Assembly (NCBI GenBank): GCA_965205015.1
Contig: OZ242029.1
Span: forward strand, 1,664,001-1,728,000
From: Candidatus Poribacteria bacterium
Lineage (GTDB): Bacteria > Poribacteria > WGA-4E > WGA-3G
Length of the DNA: 64,000 nt
Direction: 5' to 3'
This document shows, piece by piece, positions 9,094 through 18,395 of this stretch (its first letter is position 1; every line of letters starts with the position of its first letter). The position numbers and the translations under genes are program-made. The notes below the pieces were generated by a model. It did not search any database. It was not told the DNA's origin and saw only the letters and a list, made by a program, of their open reading frames with translations.

Positions 9094-12000
9094 TATTCTG
9101 CAACCACTGCGATACGCATGCTACCCGTTACAGCAGATTTTGTTGTATCGTACATCGCCTCGGCGGCAATAGGGGGTAAGGTGAATTCACCTTGTGTGAC
9201 GGCGCGTAGCGCGTAATAGAATTTACGTTCGCGTTGACGTGGGAACGTACCGAAAAAGATGAGCCTGTCATCGCGAATATCAATATAATCCGGTTTGAAA
9301 TCCTGGGCTTTCAACCATGAAATACCCTCTCGGGATTCTAATCGCGGGTTCTCAATTTCAAATCCTGTAGGCAACATATCAACGACAACAACGTTTTCGA
9401 GATTGGCGGTGAGGGCTTTGACGTTTACCTCAGCGATGATCAGTTCCCCATGTGTGAAGGTGCCAGTACGTTCTTCACCGTCCTTGTTAAAATAGCGTCT
9501 ACGCACCTGAAGTTCGCGTTCATATTCTTCGATGAAGGAATCACGTTGGATGCCAAACGCGCTCCAATAATAGTAGCAACTGCCTTCACCTTTAACAGAG
9601 AGCTGGACACGCATCCCGTCCCATGCTGGATCGGTGTGACAGATCTCCGTTGCGTCGAAGTTGGCGAAATGTTCACCGTTGAGCGTCAGGGTACCGGTGT
9701 AATTTCTGTCCATCTGTTTCTTCAGGATCTTGCCGAGTGCCAAAAATGCAAAGGCGTTTTCTTGTGTTGTTGCCCATCGGTTCCCGTCAGATGCTGCCTC
9801 ACTTAGATTTTGGACGAGCATCGGGATTGACGGGTGGTTTTCGTTAACTTCCGCAAGAACGTCTAACATGATGGCTTGGGCTCGAATGGGGGAATCAAGC
9901 GTCCCGCCTGTCTGGCGTTGTCCGTTGCCCTTATTAAAATTGGGTGATACTGACACCGGTAGCATTGACAGGGCAGTTTCCAGTTCGCCACTGAGGGCGA
10001 AGGCTCCTGCGAGTTGAAAGTGGCTATAATCGCTGAGTCCACTCAAGCCTCTGTTTTTCAGATAGTGCATCGTGCCTCGGTCGGGATGTCCAGCAGCAGC
10101 TAAGACATAAGCAGCATAGGTTGCTAATGAAATCTTTTTTCGTATCTCTTGTGCTTCCCCAAGCGAGCTTCTAAAGTCGTCTTCCGTGTTTGGCGAGAAT
10201 TTCGCCTCTGTTTTTAAACCTTCCAGCAGTGCGTCGTAAACCCGGTCTGATACCTCATAGCCCGCCTTTCGTGCCTCGACGAGGAAGTGAGACGCATAGA
10301 TACTGCTCCATGGGTTCACGTAAGTGCCACCGGGCCAATAAGCGAAACGGTCATCTGACTTCAACATACTTTCGATTTTCGTGATACCCGATGTAATATA
10401 GTGGTCCACTGAGTCTTCTGCTGCCAGCATCGGTTCGACACTTCGCGCCAAGTCGCTGAAGTAAAGCAGCGGAAAAACCTTGCTCGTTGTTTGTTCCAGA
10501 CAGCCGTGCGGGTAACGTATAAGGTAGCGGAGACTGTCCGCAAACCTGATATTTGGGAACGGCGATAACGTGAGACTAAACTCTGACGAATCGGGTATTA
10601 AATTCGACGGGAGAATAAAGTCAACAGATTCACCTGCGCGTACCACTCCTTGCCCAGTTTGTGTGACAGGTGGAGCGACGGAACGCAGTGGGATTTTTAC
10701 ATCTAATTGTGTTATTTGTGCGTTACCGTGTGCAGAAAGATTGAAGTTGGCTTCCCCGATTGCATCCTGAACGAGAATATCGAAAAAAACTTGTGCCTCT
10801 GTACCTGCGTCGACCCGCTGGTCTATACTGAGTTTGTCTACTGTATATTGGCTATCGGAAACCAGCGGAAACTGTTGGCTTTCAGCAGAGGGGGGCTTTT
10901 GCTGATCGCGACGCAAGTCTCCGCGTGTGGGAGACCTACGGGACAATGCTGATGACGGATCGCTGACACCTATTGCTGAAAGGAGTTGCACGTCGCCTGA
11001 TGCTTGCAATTCGACCGTAAATTCCCCTGCCGCACCCGTGCCGTTAAAGAGGGTGACCGGTACACGCACCTTATCACCACCTGCGAGGAATCGGGGGAAT
11101 GTTGGTGTTAAGACAATGGGTTCGCGGACGGTCAGATACGCTTCCGTACTGCCGTAATCACCACCCGCGAATGCGACTGCCATCAACCGCAGTGTTCCAT
11201 TGAACTGTGGAATCTTGAATTGAGCAGTCCCGCGACCGTTTCCATCGGTTTTCACGAATCCCGACCAGAGTGAAATTGGCTTTACTCGCTGGATGCTGCC
11301 TGTGCTCAATCGCTTCCGTAGTGCTGCCTGCCGTGTCGTGGCTGCATCTCCCCCTGTACTTGAATTGTCGGTGACATTTGCGATTTCGGGGAGGATCCCA
11401 CTATACAGGTCGAAGGAGCGCGTCTTAAGCCCGCGCTGTCGATAGAAGTAGTCGTGTGGGTTGGGTGTTTTGAAGTCGGTTAGCGCGAGGATCCCTTCAT
11501 CAACAGCTGCGATACAAACATCATATTTTTGCCAAGAACGTCTCCCGTGGACTTGAAACGCTATCGTCACTTCGCTGTTCGGTAGGACTGTCACTCCTTT
11601 AGAGTCGTCAGTTTTCAGTTTTAACCATTCACTCGTGCGTTGCTGTCTTGTATCGGAGTCGAGTGGATGGTTAAGGTTATCAGTTAAGGAGGAATTTTGT
11701 CTAACCAAACCATCTGTTAACTGCTGACCGTTAGCTGACAACTGAATCGAAAGTCGCCGTCGTGTTTCATCTATCTTGAGTGGAATTACGCCAAACGCGC
11801 GCGCGGGGAGAGGCGACTTCTTATCCGTCACGGTTCCTTCCATCGGGATGGCGCGTATTAACGTCGCGGAGAGATACACATTCGGTCTATAGGCGTACCG
11901 GACTGGAATTGATAAAGTTGTGGTGTTATTTTTCATCACGATTGTCCGGTAACTCAACACCTTTTCGCGTTCGACCGTCAGCAGGAGTGTGCCCGGGAAC

Positions 12001-14888
12001 GGTGCTTTAACATATAGTTTTGCTGTTTGTCCCGGATGGTAAGCAGGCTTGTTAAGCGTCAGTTCCAGTCGAGTCGGATGTTCCATAGAAACTGGGATGT
12101 TTCCCCATCCGCTAACGTAAAATCCGAGTTCTGCAGTCGCTGTTGAGGTGATGTCCTCAAGACGGACGCGGTATTCACCATAATCTGAGGGCGTTAAGGT
12201 CACCGTCTGCACTGTTTCTGCTGAAGTTAATGTAACCGTTTCCACTTCTGTTGTTTGAGGTTCAGAGACGTACGCGTAACGCCCGGCACCGTTCTGACGG
12301 AGTATCGTATTCCAATGGACTTTATGGAGGCTTAGTTTTAGGTCTCTCCCGGGTGCAACTGCCATTGCATCGTTAACAGCAATGTAGTCGAATCGAAGGG
12401 GTTGGTTAATTTTTACGTCCCCGGTCTTTGTCTGTCGAAGTCCAACGTAATGCGAGTACGGGTGTATCACAACTCGATGAGAAGCGGTGACGGATCTGCC
12501 ACCGGCTTCACTAACAGTCGCTGTCAGGGTGCCGTTTAGCAGAGAGGGGGCTTTCAGCGTTTCGGGAATCGTGAATTGATAGGACGCTTTGCCCGCTGCG
12601 TCAGTTTTCGCTTCTCCCAATCCGATTCTTTGTTTTTCAAAATTGGAGCGGGCATTCCCGAAGACAAACGAGTTCCACTGTGTTGCACTTGCGCTGAGTG
12701 CTGAATTGACAAACGAAACTGCTTCCAATTCACAAGAGACTTCCACCTTGCGACCGACTGCTGGGGGTCCGAATAGGTTAATAGCGGAGACTTCAATGCC
12801 GAGTTCCTCTCCAAGCTTATAGGTAGATTTATCCGCTGTTACAGCGACTTTTATCCGATCGGGCATAAATTCTTCAACCTGAAATTGGACTCTTCCAACG
12901 ACGCGATCCGCGATCCGCATCTTAGCAATATAGTTACCAGTCAGGGCGTAGCCAGGGATCGGAATTTGCATATCGCAGGCACCGTTTTTGTTTGTTTGCA
13001 GCCTTAACTCTCGCATGATTCTACCGTTTGGGGAGAGCACTTCAATCCGGGCGGGAAGCGGTTGCGGTGTTACCTGCTTTGGTCCTCGAACAATTCCAGC
13101 AAGTTGGACGGTTTCACCCGGGCGGTAGACCCCTCTGCTGGTGTAGAGAAAGGCTTCATAACCTTTTTGCAGGTAGGCAGAGCCAGCGATGTTGAAGTCT
13201 GCTGTCGCGATTTCGTGCCGGTTGAGTTGAATGAAGGCGAGATCGTCCCGTTTCGCGACGGTGATCATAAACGGTGTGAAGTCTTCTGTCTTCTCCGCAA
13301 CATCTGTGAACTCGACATGCCCTGCCCAGTTGGTTCTTCCTTCGAGGAGTGTCTGGTTATTATCACTGATAAGTTTGACGTGCGCTGCTGGTACGGGCGA
13401 GCCAGTGGCGAGCGATTTCACCCAAACGTATAGTCTGTTTTCTGTGCGTTTGGCACTGATCCCCAAATCTGTAATGAGCACCCATTGATGTGCACTATCC
13501 CACTCCCTCTCTGCGTTTCGCGCCACAACCTTGAAGATACCGACGTGTTCATCTGAGAGGTATTCTTCCAAGGAGATAGGGGTTGTTCCCTCTTCGTTCA
13601 ATTGGGAGGGGATATCAAGTTCTTCTGTATGAATGGATTTACCTAAGTTTCTGCTCCAGCGACTCCATTGTTCTAATTTCGATACATAGATAAGATTGTT
13701 CGCAAAAACTTTTTCAATACTGAGTTTCACGCGTTTAACGTTAATTGTTGCCAGACCTAAGTTCAGGTGCCCTTTTCTCGCGAGGAAGAAGCCGTCGCCG
13801 AGAAACCGAAGTTGGGGGCGGATATCCGGGATTTTCAGGCGCGTCATGTAATCTTGTTTTAAGACGGCATCGTTTCGGGCTGTGAGACCCCGCCGAATCT
13901 TCAGCGTGTAGGTAGTACGCCGTTTGAAGTTGCCGTGAATCTGCACGTTTCGATAGTCGGATGTCACCTGATAGGCGACTGCGGGTGTCAGTTCTATGTA
14001 CGGCTCAATGGTATTACTGAGTACCGGTGCACTGAAACTCACTGAGATATAGGGCGTTCCATCGCTTTCCCAAACGTCAGCGTATGTTACACCGAGTGTT
14101 CCGCGCCCTCGGAGTATTACGGGTGTAACGCTCGCTTTTACTAAACCTATTTTCCCACCCGTACATTTGAACCCTTTTTCAATCTTAATCTTTATTTCTC
14201 GGTCTGCAGTGCCGCGTTTTATGCGTTTTGTCTCGAATGTTACCGTCCGTGCTGTTGCTGTATTGGTTTGAATCTGGTATGGAATTTCTGTCTCGTCGTC
14301 CAGTTCAATAGAGAGGTGTGCCTTTAAATCGACAATGGTTACCGGATAATTAAATGCTATCGTGCCGAAACCTGTTGCGTGTTCACGGGCGTCATTGGCG
14401 GTAAATTCCATGCGTGCTTGCTGCACTGCGAAAGGATCGGTAGCAAATTTAAACTCTTTTTGTCCGGTGAGTAGGAATGTCTCAGAAGGGTTGAGTTCTG
14501 GGGTGAGTTGAACAGTATATTGTGCGGAGGGGGCTAAAGGTGCATCTAAAAAGAAACCGACTCTATCGCGCGCGATCCAACGTGCACTGCCTTGAACGGC
14601 GGGCGTAAACCGAAGGGCTTCTGCTGGAACTTCGGTCCCGACGCGCGACTTATCAATAATTGCCTCCGAGAACGTAATCGAAAAATCGACCCATTGTGGA
14701 ACCTCACCTTGTGGCGTGAAGGTTTTGACACTGTATCGTGTCTTGGCACGCACGCTCCCTTGGACAATGTAGAAGATACAGGCAGCAAGGAGTAAGGACA
14801 TCAGTCCGATCACGCCGATTAAGCTTTTTAAGAGCAAATTTCGATTTCCAGATTTCGCCGAAAAATTTTTGGAGAGTTTGGCCACCAT
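9093..14888 (-). CDS. bacterial alpha-2-macroglobulin (YfhM family)
   Basis: YRPGETV, AAVDEGIL, thioester YPHGCLEQ, DMLPTGFEIEN, AEAMY. Upstream of pbpC. Confidence 0.92.
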   Translation of the reverse strand: MVAKLSKNFSAKSGNRNLLLKSLIGVIGLMSLLLAACIFYIVQGSVRAKTRYSVKTFTPQGEVPQWVDFSITFSEAIIDKSRVGTEVPAEALRFTPAVQGSARWIARDRVGFFLDAPLAPSAQYTVQLTPELNPSETFLLTGQKEFKFATDPFAVQQARMEFTANDAREHATGFGTIAFNYPVTIVDLKAHLSIELDDETEIPYQIQTNTATARTVTFETKRIKRGTADREIKIKIEKGFKCTGGKIGLVKASVTPVILRGRGTLGVTYADVWESDGTPYISVSFSAPVLSNTIEPYIELTPAVAYQVTSDYRNVQIHGNFKRRTTYTLKIRRGLTARNDAVLKQDYMTRLKIPDIRPQLRFLGDGFFLARKGHLNLGLATINVKRVKLSIEKVFANNLIYVSKLEQWSRWSRNLGKSIHTEELDIPSQLNEEGTTPISLEEYLSDEHVGIFKVVARNAEREWDSAHQWVLITDLGISAKRTENRLYVWVKSLATGSPVPAAHVKLISDNNQTLLEGRTNWAGHVEFTDVAEKTEDFTPFMITVAKRDDLAFIQLNRHEIATADFNIAGSAYLQKGYEAFLYTSRGVYRPGETVQLAGIVRGPKQVTPQPLPARIEVLSPNGRIMRELRLQTNKNGACDMQIPIPGYALTGNYIAKMRIADRVVGRVQFQVEEFMPDRIKVAVTADKSTYKLGEELGIEVSAINLFGPPAVGRKVEVSCELEAVSFVNSALSASATQWNSFVFGNARSNFEKQRIGLGEAKTDAAGKASYQFTIPETLKAPSLLNGTLTATVSEAGGRSVTASHRVVIHPYSHYVGLRQTKTGDVKINQPLRFDYIAVNDAMAVAPGRDLKLSLHKVHWNTILRQNGAGRYAYVSEPQTTEVETVTLTSAETVQTVTLTPSDYGEYRVRLEDITSTATAELGFYVSGWGNIPVSMEHPTRLELTLNKPAYHPGQTAKLYVKAPFPGTLLLTVEREKVLSYRTIVMKNNTTTLSIPVRYAYRPNVYLSATLIRAIPMEGTVTDKKSPLPARAFGVIPLKIDETRRRLSIQLSANGQQLTDGLVRQNSSLTDNLNHPLDSDTRQQRTSEWLKLKTDDSKGVTVLPNSEVTIAFQVHGRRSWQKYDVCIAAVDEGILALTDFKTPNPHDYFYRQRGLKTRSFDLYSGILPEIANVTDNSSTGGDAATTRQAALRKRLSTGSIQRVKPISLWSGFVKTDGNGRGTAQFKIPQFNGTLRLMAVAFAGGDYGSTEAYLTVREPIVLTPTFPRFLAGGDKVRVPVTLFNGTGAAGEFTVELQASGDVQLLSAIGVSDPSSALSRRSPTRGDLRRDQQKPPSAESQQFPLVSDSQYTVDKLSIDQRVDAGTEAQVFFDILVQDAIGEANFNLSAHGNAQITQLDVKIPLRSVAPPVTQTGQGVVRAGESVDFILPSNLIPDSSEFSLTLSPFPNIRFADSLRYLIRYPHGCLEQTTSKVFPLLYFSDLARSVEPMLAAEDSVDHYITSGITKIESMLKSDDRFAYWPGGTYVNPWSSIYASHFLVEARKAGYEVSDRVYDALLEGLKTEAKFSPNTEDDFRSSLGEAQEIRKKISLATYAAYVLAAAGHPDRGTMHYLKNRGLSGLSDYSHFQLAGAFALSGELETALSMLPVSVSPNFNKGNGQRQTGGTLDSPIRAQAIMLDVLAEVNENHPSIPMLVQNLSEAASDGNRWATTQENAFAFLALGKILKKQMDRNYTGTLTLNGEHFANFDATEICHTDPAWDGMRVQLSVKGEGSCYYYWSAFGIQRDSFIEEYERELQVRRRYFNKDGEERTGTFTHGELIIAEVNVKALTANLENVVVVDMLPTGFEIENPRLESREGISWLKAQDFKPDYIDIRDDRLIFFGTFPRQRERKFYYALRAVTQGEFTLPPIAAEAMYDTTKSAVTGSMRIAVVAE
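10850..10972. repeat. related miniature element inserted in frame in the A2M gene
   Basis: Encodes SALSRRSPTRG, versus SALSRRFPTRG in the pbpC insert. Confidence 0.6.
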
Positions 14889-15173
14889 CAGAAGTGCCTC
14901 CTCTGCAAGGCAAAGATACTTAAATTCCAAGCAATTTCTATAAGCAATTTTTATGCCAATTGAACTTTGGTTCTTATGTTAACGTAGATTGCCACTTTGT
15001 AGCATAAACTGTAAGTTTGTGAAAATGTCTTTAAGTGACGTTATGTGTAAATATAAACACATAGGGACGGATGTGGCGATCCGCCCCTACACGTGAAGGG
15101 TTTTTAAGTGTAGTATTTGCGCCAAAACTCGTTCTGAGTAGAATTGAGTACTTTGATGCCAGCGTAAAAGCCT

Positions 15174-16421
15174 TTAGAACCAGAAGCGTGACATTAAAAT
15201 AATCTGATCGGTCCCTTGAAGTTGACGGCGTGTGCCTTTGTCTTTGGTCGTATCATTGGCATTGTGATCCGCGTTGGCGAGGTTTGCCCAGTAAAAGAGA
15301 GAAATTGCCCCGTTTTCGATAAAATTGTACTGAGCATTGAATGTGACCCGTTGGCTTGCATCTCCCTTAACCGTTCGATCTGGGTCAAACAGACCGTATC
15401 GACCCGCAACAGTGAGTTGGGGGAGAATACGATATTTTGCGCCGACGTAATACCCTTTTGAATCAACGGCATCCGGTGCGAAAGAGACAACCTCTCCGCT
15501 ATTTCCAAAATTGAATTCACCCTCAATACTCACGCCTGCGTAAGAAGCAGTGAGAAATGCCCCGATGAGTCGTTCCCAGTCTTCGGTTGATTTTTCAAGG
15601 ATTGCGGACGCGCCTGCTCGAATCGGTCCGAGTTGTGCACCAAGGGTCCCGAGTCCGCCTTTCGCTGCGGTGGTGTTGGTATTAAAGAAAGCGGCATTGT
15701 AGAAAACCTTTCCAGCACTTCCGCCGATCTCAACGCCGACATCCCGTTTATTAGAACCGAGTCCATACCCTTCTCGAACAAGGATATTATGGTCCTTCTG
15801 TTTGATAGCGAAGGGCAGTCGAAATTGTCCGACTTTGACATAGAGGTGTTTTGGAATCGCATCTACCGTTGCAAACGCATTCATCGTTGTCCCAGCGTTG
15901 TTGGAAAGGGTGAGTCGAACGTGTTCAGAGGCTTCCGCGTTGAACGTTACTTCTGCTTGCATGAGCAGAAATCTGTCGATCGAAGAGTGGCATGAATTGC
16001 ATCCAGCGATGGCCCCACCCCCTTCGCTGTCTTCTTCGTTGGCATGCGTTGTTTTGATAAAAGCCGTCTGGAAATCAAGAGAAGTTGTGAGTCGTTTGAC
16101 GACTTCCTTGACTTCTTCCGTCACGGCTTCCATATCGAAATCTTCGGGAAATTCGAAATAGTTCTCTTCAAAAATCTCACCGACCCGATTTCGGGGACCG
16201 CCGCCAGCCGGGTCAAGATGACAAAAGCTGCACTCTTTCTCAAGTTCGGTTGCAAACTCAGGTCGTGCCTCTACAATGATCGGGAAAAAAAGACTCAGTG
16301 AAATACTGACGATGAGCGCGAGCCATGGAAGTAATGATACACCTCCGGATATGTCCAGCCGTTTTGGCAGCGAAATGATATGACTCAGGTATCTCACCCA
16401 GTCGTTACAGTGTGAATTCAA
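15174..16421 (-). CDS. putative outer-membrane beta-barrel (porin-like) with two N-terminal c-type heme motifs
   Basis: CSFCH and CNSCH, KVGQFRLPF and RDVGVEIGG porin-type strands, terminal Phe. Confidence 0.7.
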   Translation of the reverse strand: MNSHCNDWVRYLSHIISLPKRLDISGGVSLLPWLALIVSISLSLFFPIIVEARPEFATELEKECSFCHLDPAGGGPRNRVGEIFEENYFEFPEDFDMEAVTEEVKEVVKRLTTSLDFQTAFIKTTHANEEDSEGGGAIAGCNSCHSSIDRFLLMQAEVTFNAEASEHVRLTLSNNAGTTMNAFATVDAIPKHLYVKVGQFRLPFAIKQKDHNILVREGYGLGSNKRDVGVEIGGSAGKVFYNAAFFNTNTTAAKGGLGTLGAQLGPIRAGASAILEKSTEDWERLIGAFLTASYAGVSIEGEFNFGNSGEVVSFAPDAVDSKGYYVGAKYRILPQLTVAGRYGLFDPDRTVKGDASQRVTFNAQYNFIENGAISLFYWANLANADHNANDTTKDKGTRRQLQGTDQIILMSRFWF

Positions 16422-16438
16422 AAGGTTCTCCTTATCTT

Positions 16439-17002
16439 TTAGTCAAGTTTCGTGAAAACGTAATCGATGTCTTCGGCTTGGACATGGCATCCCCAACAGA
16501 TACGCCCTTGAAATTTGAGGCTGAACGCGGCATCTGGCGCGTCTCGGAGGTATTCAGTGAACTCCCAATCATTGTGATCGGGGTCCGTGCCTGCTTTTTT
16601 CCGCATAATCGCGATGAGCCCGATATAATCCTTACCCGGACGGGTCGCATCTTTTACGACGATACTTCCATCCGGATATGGAAACTGCTGGGTCCCATTC
16701 GGTGCAATGGTGGCCCGTGTTTGATTGACGTAAACGTTTTTTGTGCCGTTGTGTGGGTCGCCACCAGGCGTAGGCGGGATAGGTTCTGCATTTAATTTGA
16801 GCCATTGTGTGTAACCTGCCACATCGTCGGGCAAGCCGGGGAGTACCACTACCGGTTCTTGAGGTTGAACGGGTTCCTCTACGGTCGTAGTTTCTTCTTC
16901 GGATTGTTGAATAATTTCTTCGAGTTGTTTTTCGCTGGCACAGGCGGTGAAGAGTAAAGTTATCGCCAGGACAGCCAGCAGGTTTCGTGTGTGCGTTTTC
17001 AT
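16439..17002 (-). CDS. cytochrome P460/c'-beta family lipoprotein
   Basis: Lipobox LFTAC, YPDGSIVVKD, IAIMRK, C-terminal CWGCH...DYVF. Confidence 0.8.
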   Translation of the reverse strand: MKTHTRNLLAVLAITLLFTACASEKQLEEIIQQSEEETTTVEEPVQPQEPVVVLPGLPDDVAGYTQWLKLNAEPIPPTPGGDPHNGTKNVYVNQTRATIAPNGTQQFPYPDGSIVVKDATRPGKDYIGLIAIMRKKAGTDPDHNDWEFTEYLRDAPDAAFSLKFQGRICWGCHVQAEDIDYVFTKLD

Positions 17003-17232
17003 GATGAGTACCTCATTTTTAGATGATGGGTCTTGAAGTCTTTCTTAATCCCCGCCATACCTGTTTAATATACCACGAAATGCCGAATATGTCAAGTGTA
17101 TAAAGTTTTGACACAGAGCCATTCAATTTTTCTGTAAACCGTTTTGCAGATTTGTCCGTTTGCAGTTGGAATATTCTCTGTAACCTTTAAAGGACGTATC
17201 CCTTACAGAGATAATATAGGAGGCGTAACCGA

Positions 17233-17736
17233 ATGACAAAAGAGCAGTACGACAGTTGTTATAACACAGGCACCTATCTGACCCTTCCGTATGGTGAGTT
17301 TGTTGAAGCTTATGCGCTTGGGTTGTTAGCACATAAAGACACAGCACAAAGGGTGCGGGAATGGGTTTATGAACAAGGATTTGAACGCGCCGCCGATCTT
17401 GACATAACAGCCTCGGCGGAATTGTGGTCCTTGTTTCGGAATCTCACGCGCGAGCTGTGTATTGAAATGTTGAAGTTACCTGAAGCAAAGAATCCACTTG
17501 CATGCCCTGATTCTGGGCGGGCTGCAGTGCCTACCACTAAACTTGAGGTGTTTTACCAATTGCTGCGAGAGGTGCCTTTCAAGTATAAGCGCGCTTTGCT
17601 CTTGACGTACCTATTTGAAGAGAGTCCGGAACAGATTGCCTATATCTTAAATAAGCCTCCTGAGGAAGTGCATGATCTGATAGATAGAGGAAATGCTGAG
17701 TTAGGCGTAGCGTTCCTTCGTGTTTCGATGCGTTAG
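17233..17736 (+). CDS. small sigma-factor-like protein with a region-4 HTH
   Basis: VPFKYKRALLLTYLFEESPEQIAYILNKPPEEVHDLIDRG resembles ECF sigma region 4. Paralogue at 43523. Confidence 0.65.
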   Translation: MTKEQYDSCYNTGTYLTLPYGEFVEAYALGLLAHKDTAQRVREWVYEQGFERAADLDITASAELWSLFRNLTRELCIEMLKLPEAKNPLACPDSGRAAVPTTKLEVFYQLLREVPFKYKRALLLTYLFEESPEQIAYILNKPPEEVHDLIDRGNAELGVAFLRVSMR

Positions 17737-17850
17737 AACTTATGAAGGGTGCTGCCCGAGCCGTTCAATGTAAGGACGAGCTGTACTCTCGCTCTGTCTA
17801 TGCCGGTCCTAACACCAACGAAAAAAATAATGGCACAAAGAGGTGAATAA

Positions 17851-18384
17851 ATGACTAAAGACGATTTCAGCTTGTGCTATAACAAAAAAAACACTAAAGA
17901 TAGTAAGACTTTGGGAGCCAATGTTTTTGGCCTTGCCTACCGGATCGTTCCGGACGCCGACGCAGCGTGGGAAATTCGGGAGGAGGTGATGGAGATAGGT
18001 CTCAAACGTTGTGCCGAATTTGAAGTAGAAACGGCTTGGGAGGGGAAGGGACACTGGCCTGGCTTAAAAAAACTAACACGTGACCGCTGCGAAAGAATGA
18101 TTTCACGACCGGCGCGAGAAAATCCGCTGGCAAAAGAGACATTAAACCAGTGGCCTTATGACCCATGGGCAGCCGCCATTGCAAACCTGTCTTTTAGATA
18201 TCGACAAATTTTTCTTTTAGGTATGGGATTTAGTAATTGCCCGCGAAACATATACGCCTTACTAAATAAACACAGGTCCAAAAATGAGAAGAAACTTACG
18301 CTGAAAGAGGTCAAAAATCTTCAGGTGAAGGCATCAACTCTCATGGTAACAAACCTCACGGAATCTTATTTACCTAGTACTTAA
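17851..18384 (+). CDS. small degenerate sigma-factor-like protein
   Basis: FGLAYRIVPDADAAWEI (region-2-like), AIANLSFRYRQIFLL (region-4-like). Paralogue at 44129. Confidence 0.6.
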   Translation: MTKDDFSLCYNKKNTKDSKTLGANVFGLAYRIVPDADAAWEIREEVMEIGLKRCAEFEVETAWEGKGHWPGLKKLTRDRCERMISRPARENPLAKETLNQWPYDPWAAAIANLSFRYRQIFLLGMGFSNCPRNIYALLNKHRSKNEKKLTLKEVKNLQVKASTLMVTNLTESYLPST

Positions 18385-18395
18385 AGGAGAATCCC

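Noticed and set aside
17150-17185. tttgtccg upstream of the first cassette as another promoter copy
   Set aside because: No CTTA box at the 18-nt spacing
17041-17232. Search for an att site (tmRNA 3' fragment) or integrase at the island's left edge
   Set aside because: Only a short cccgcca match was found and no recombinase ORF was seen, so tmRNA-targeted integration is unsupported
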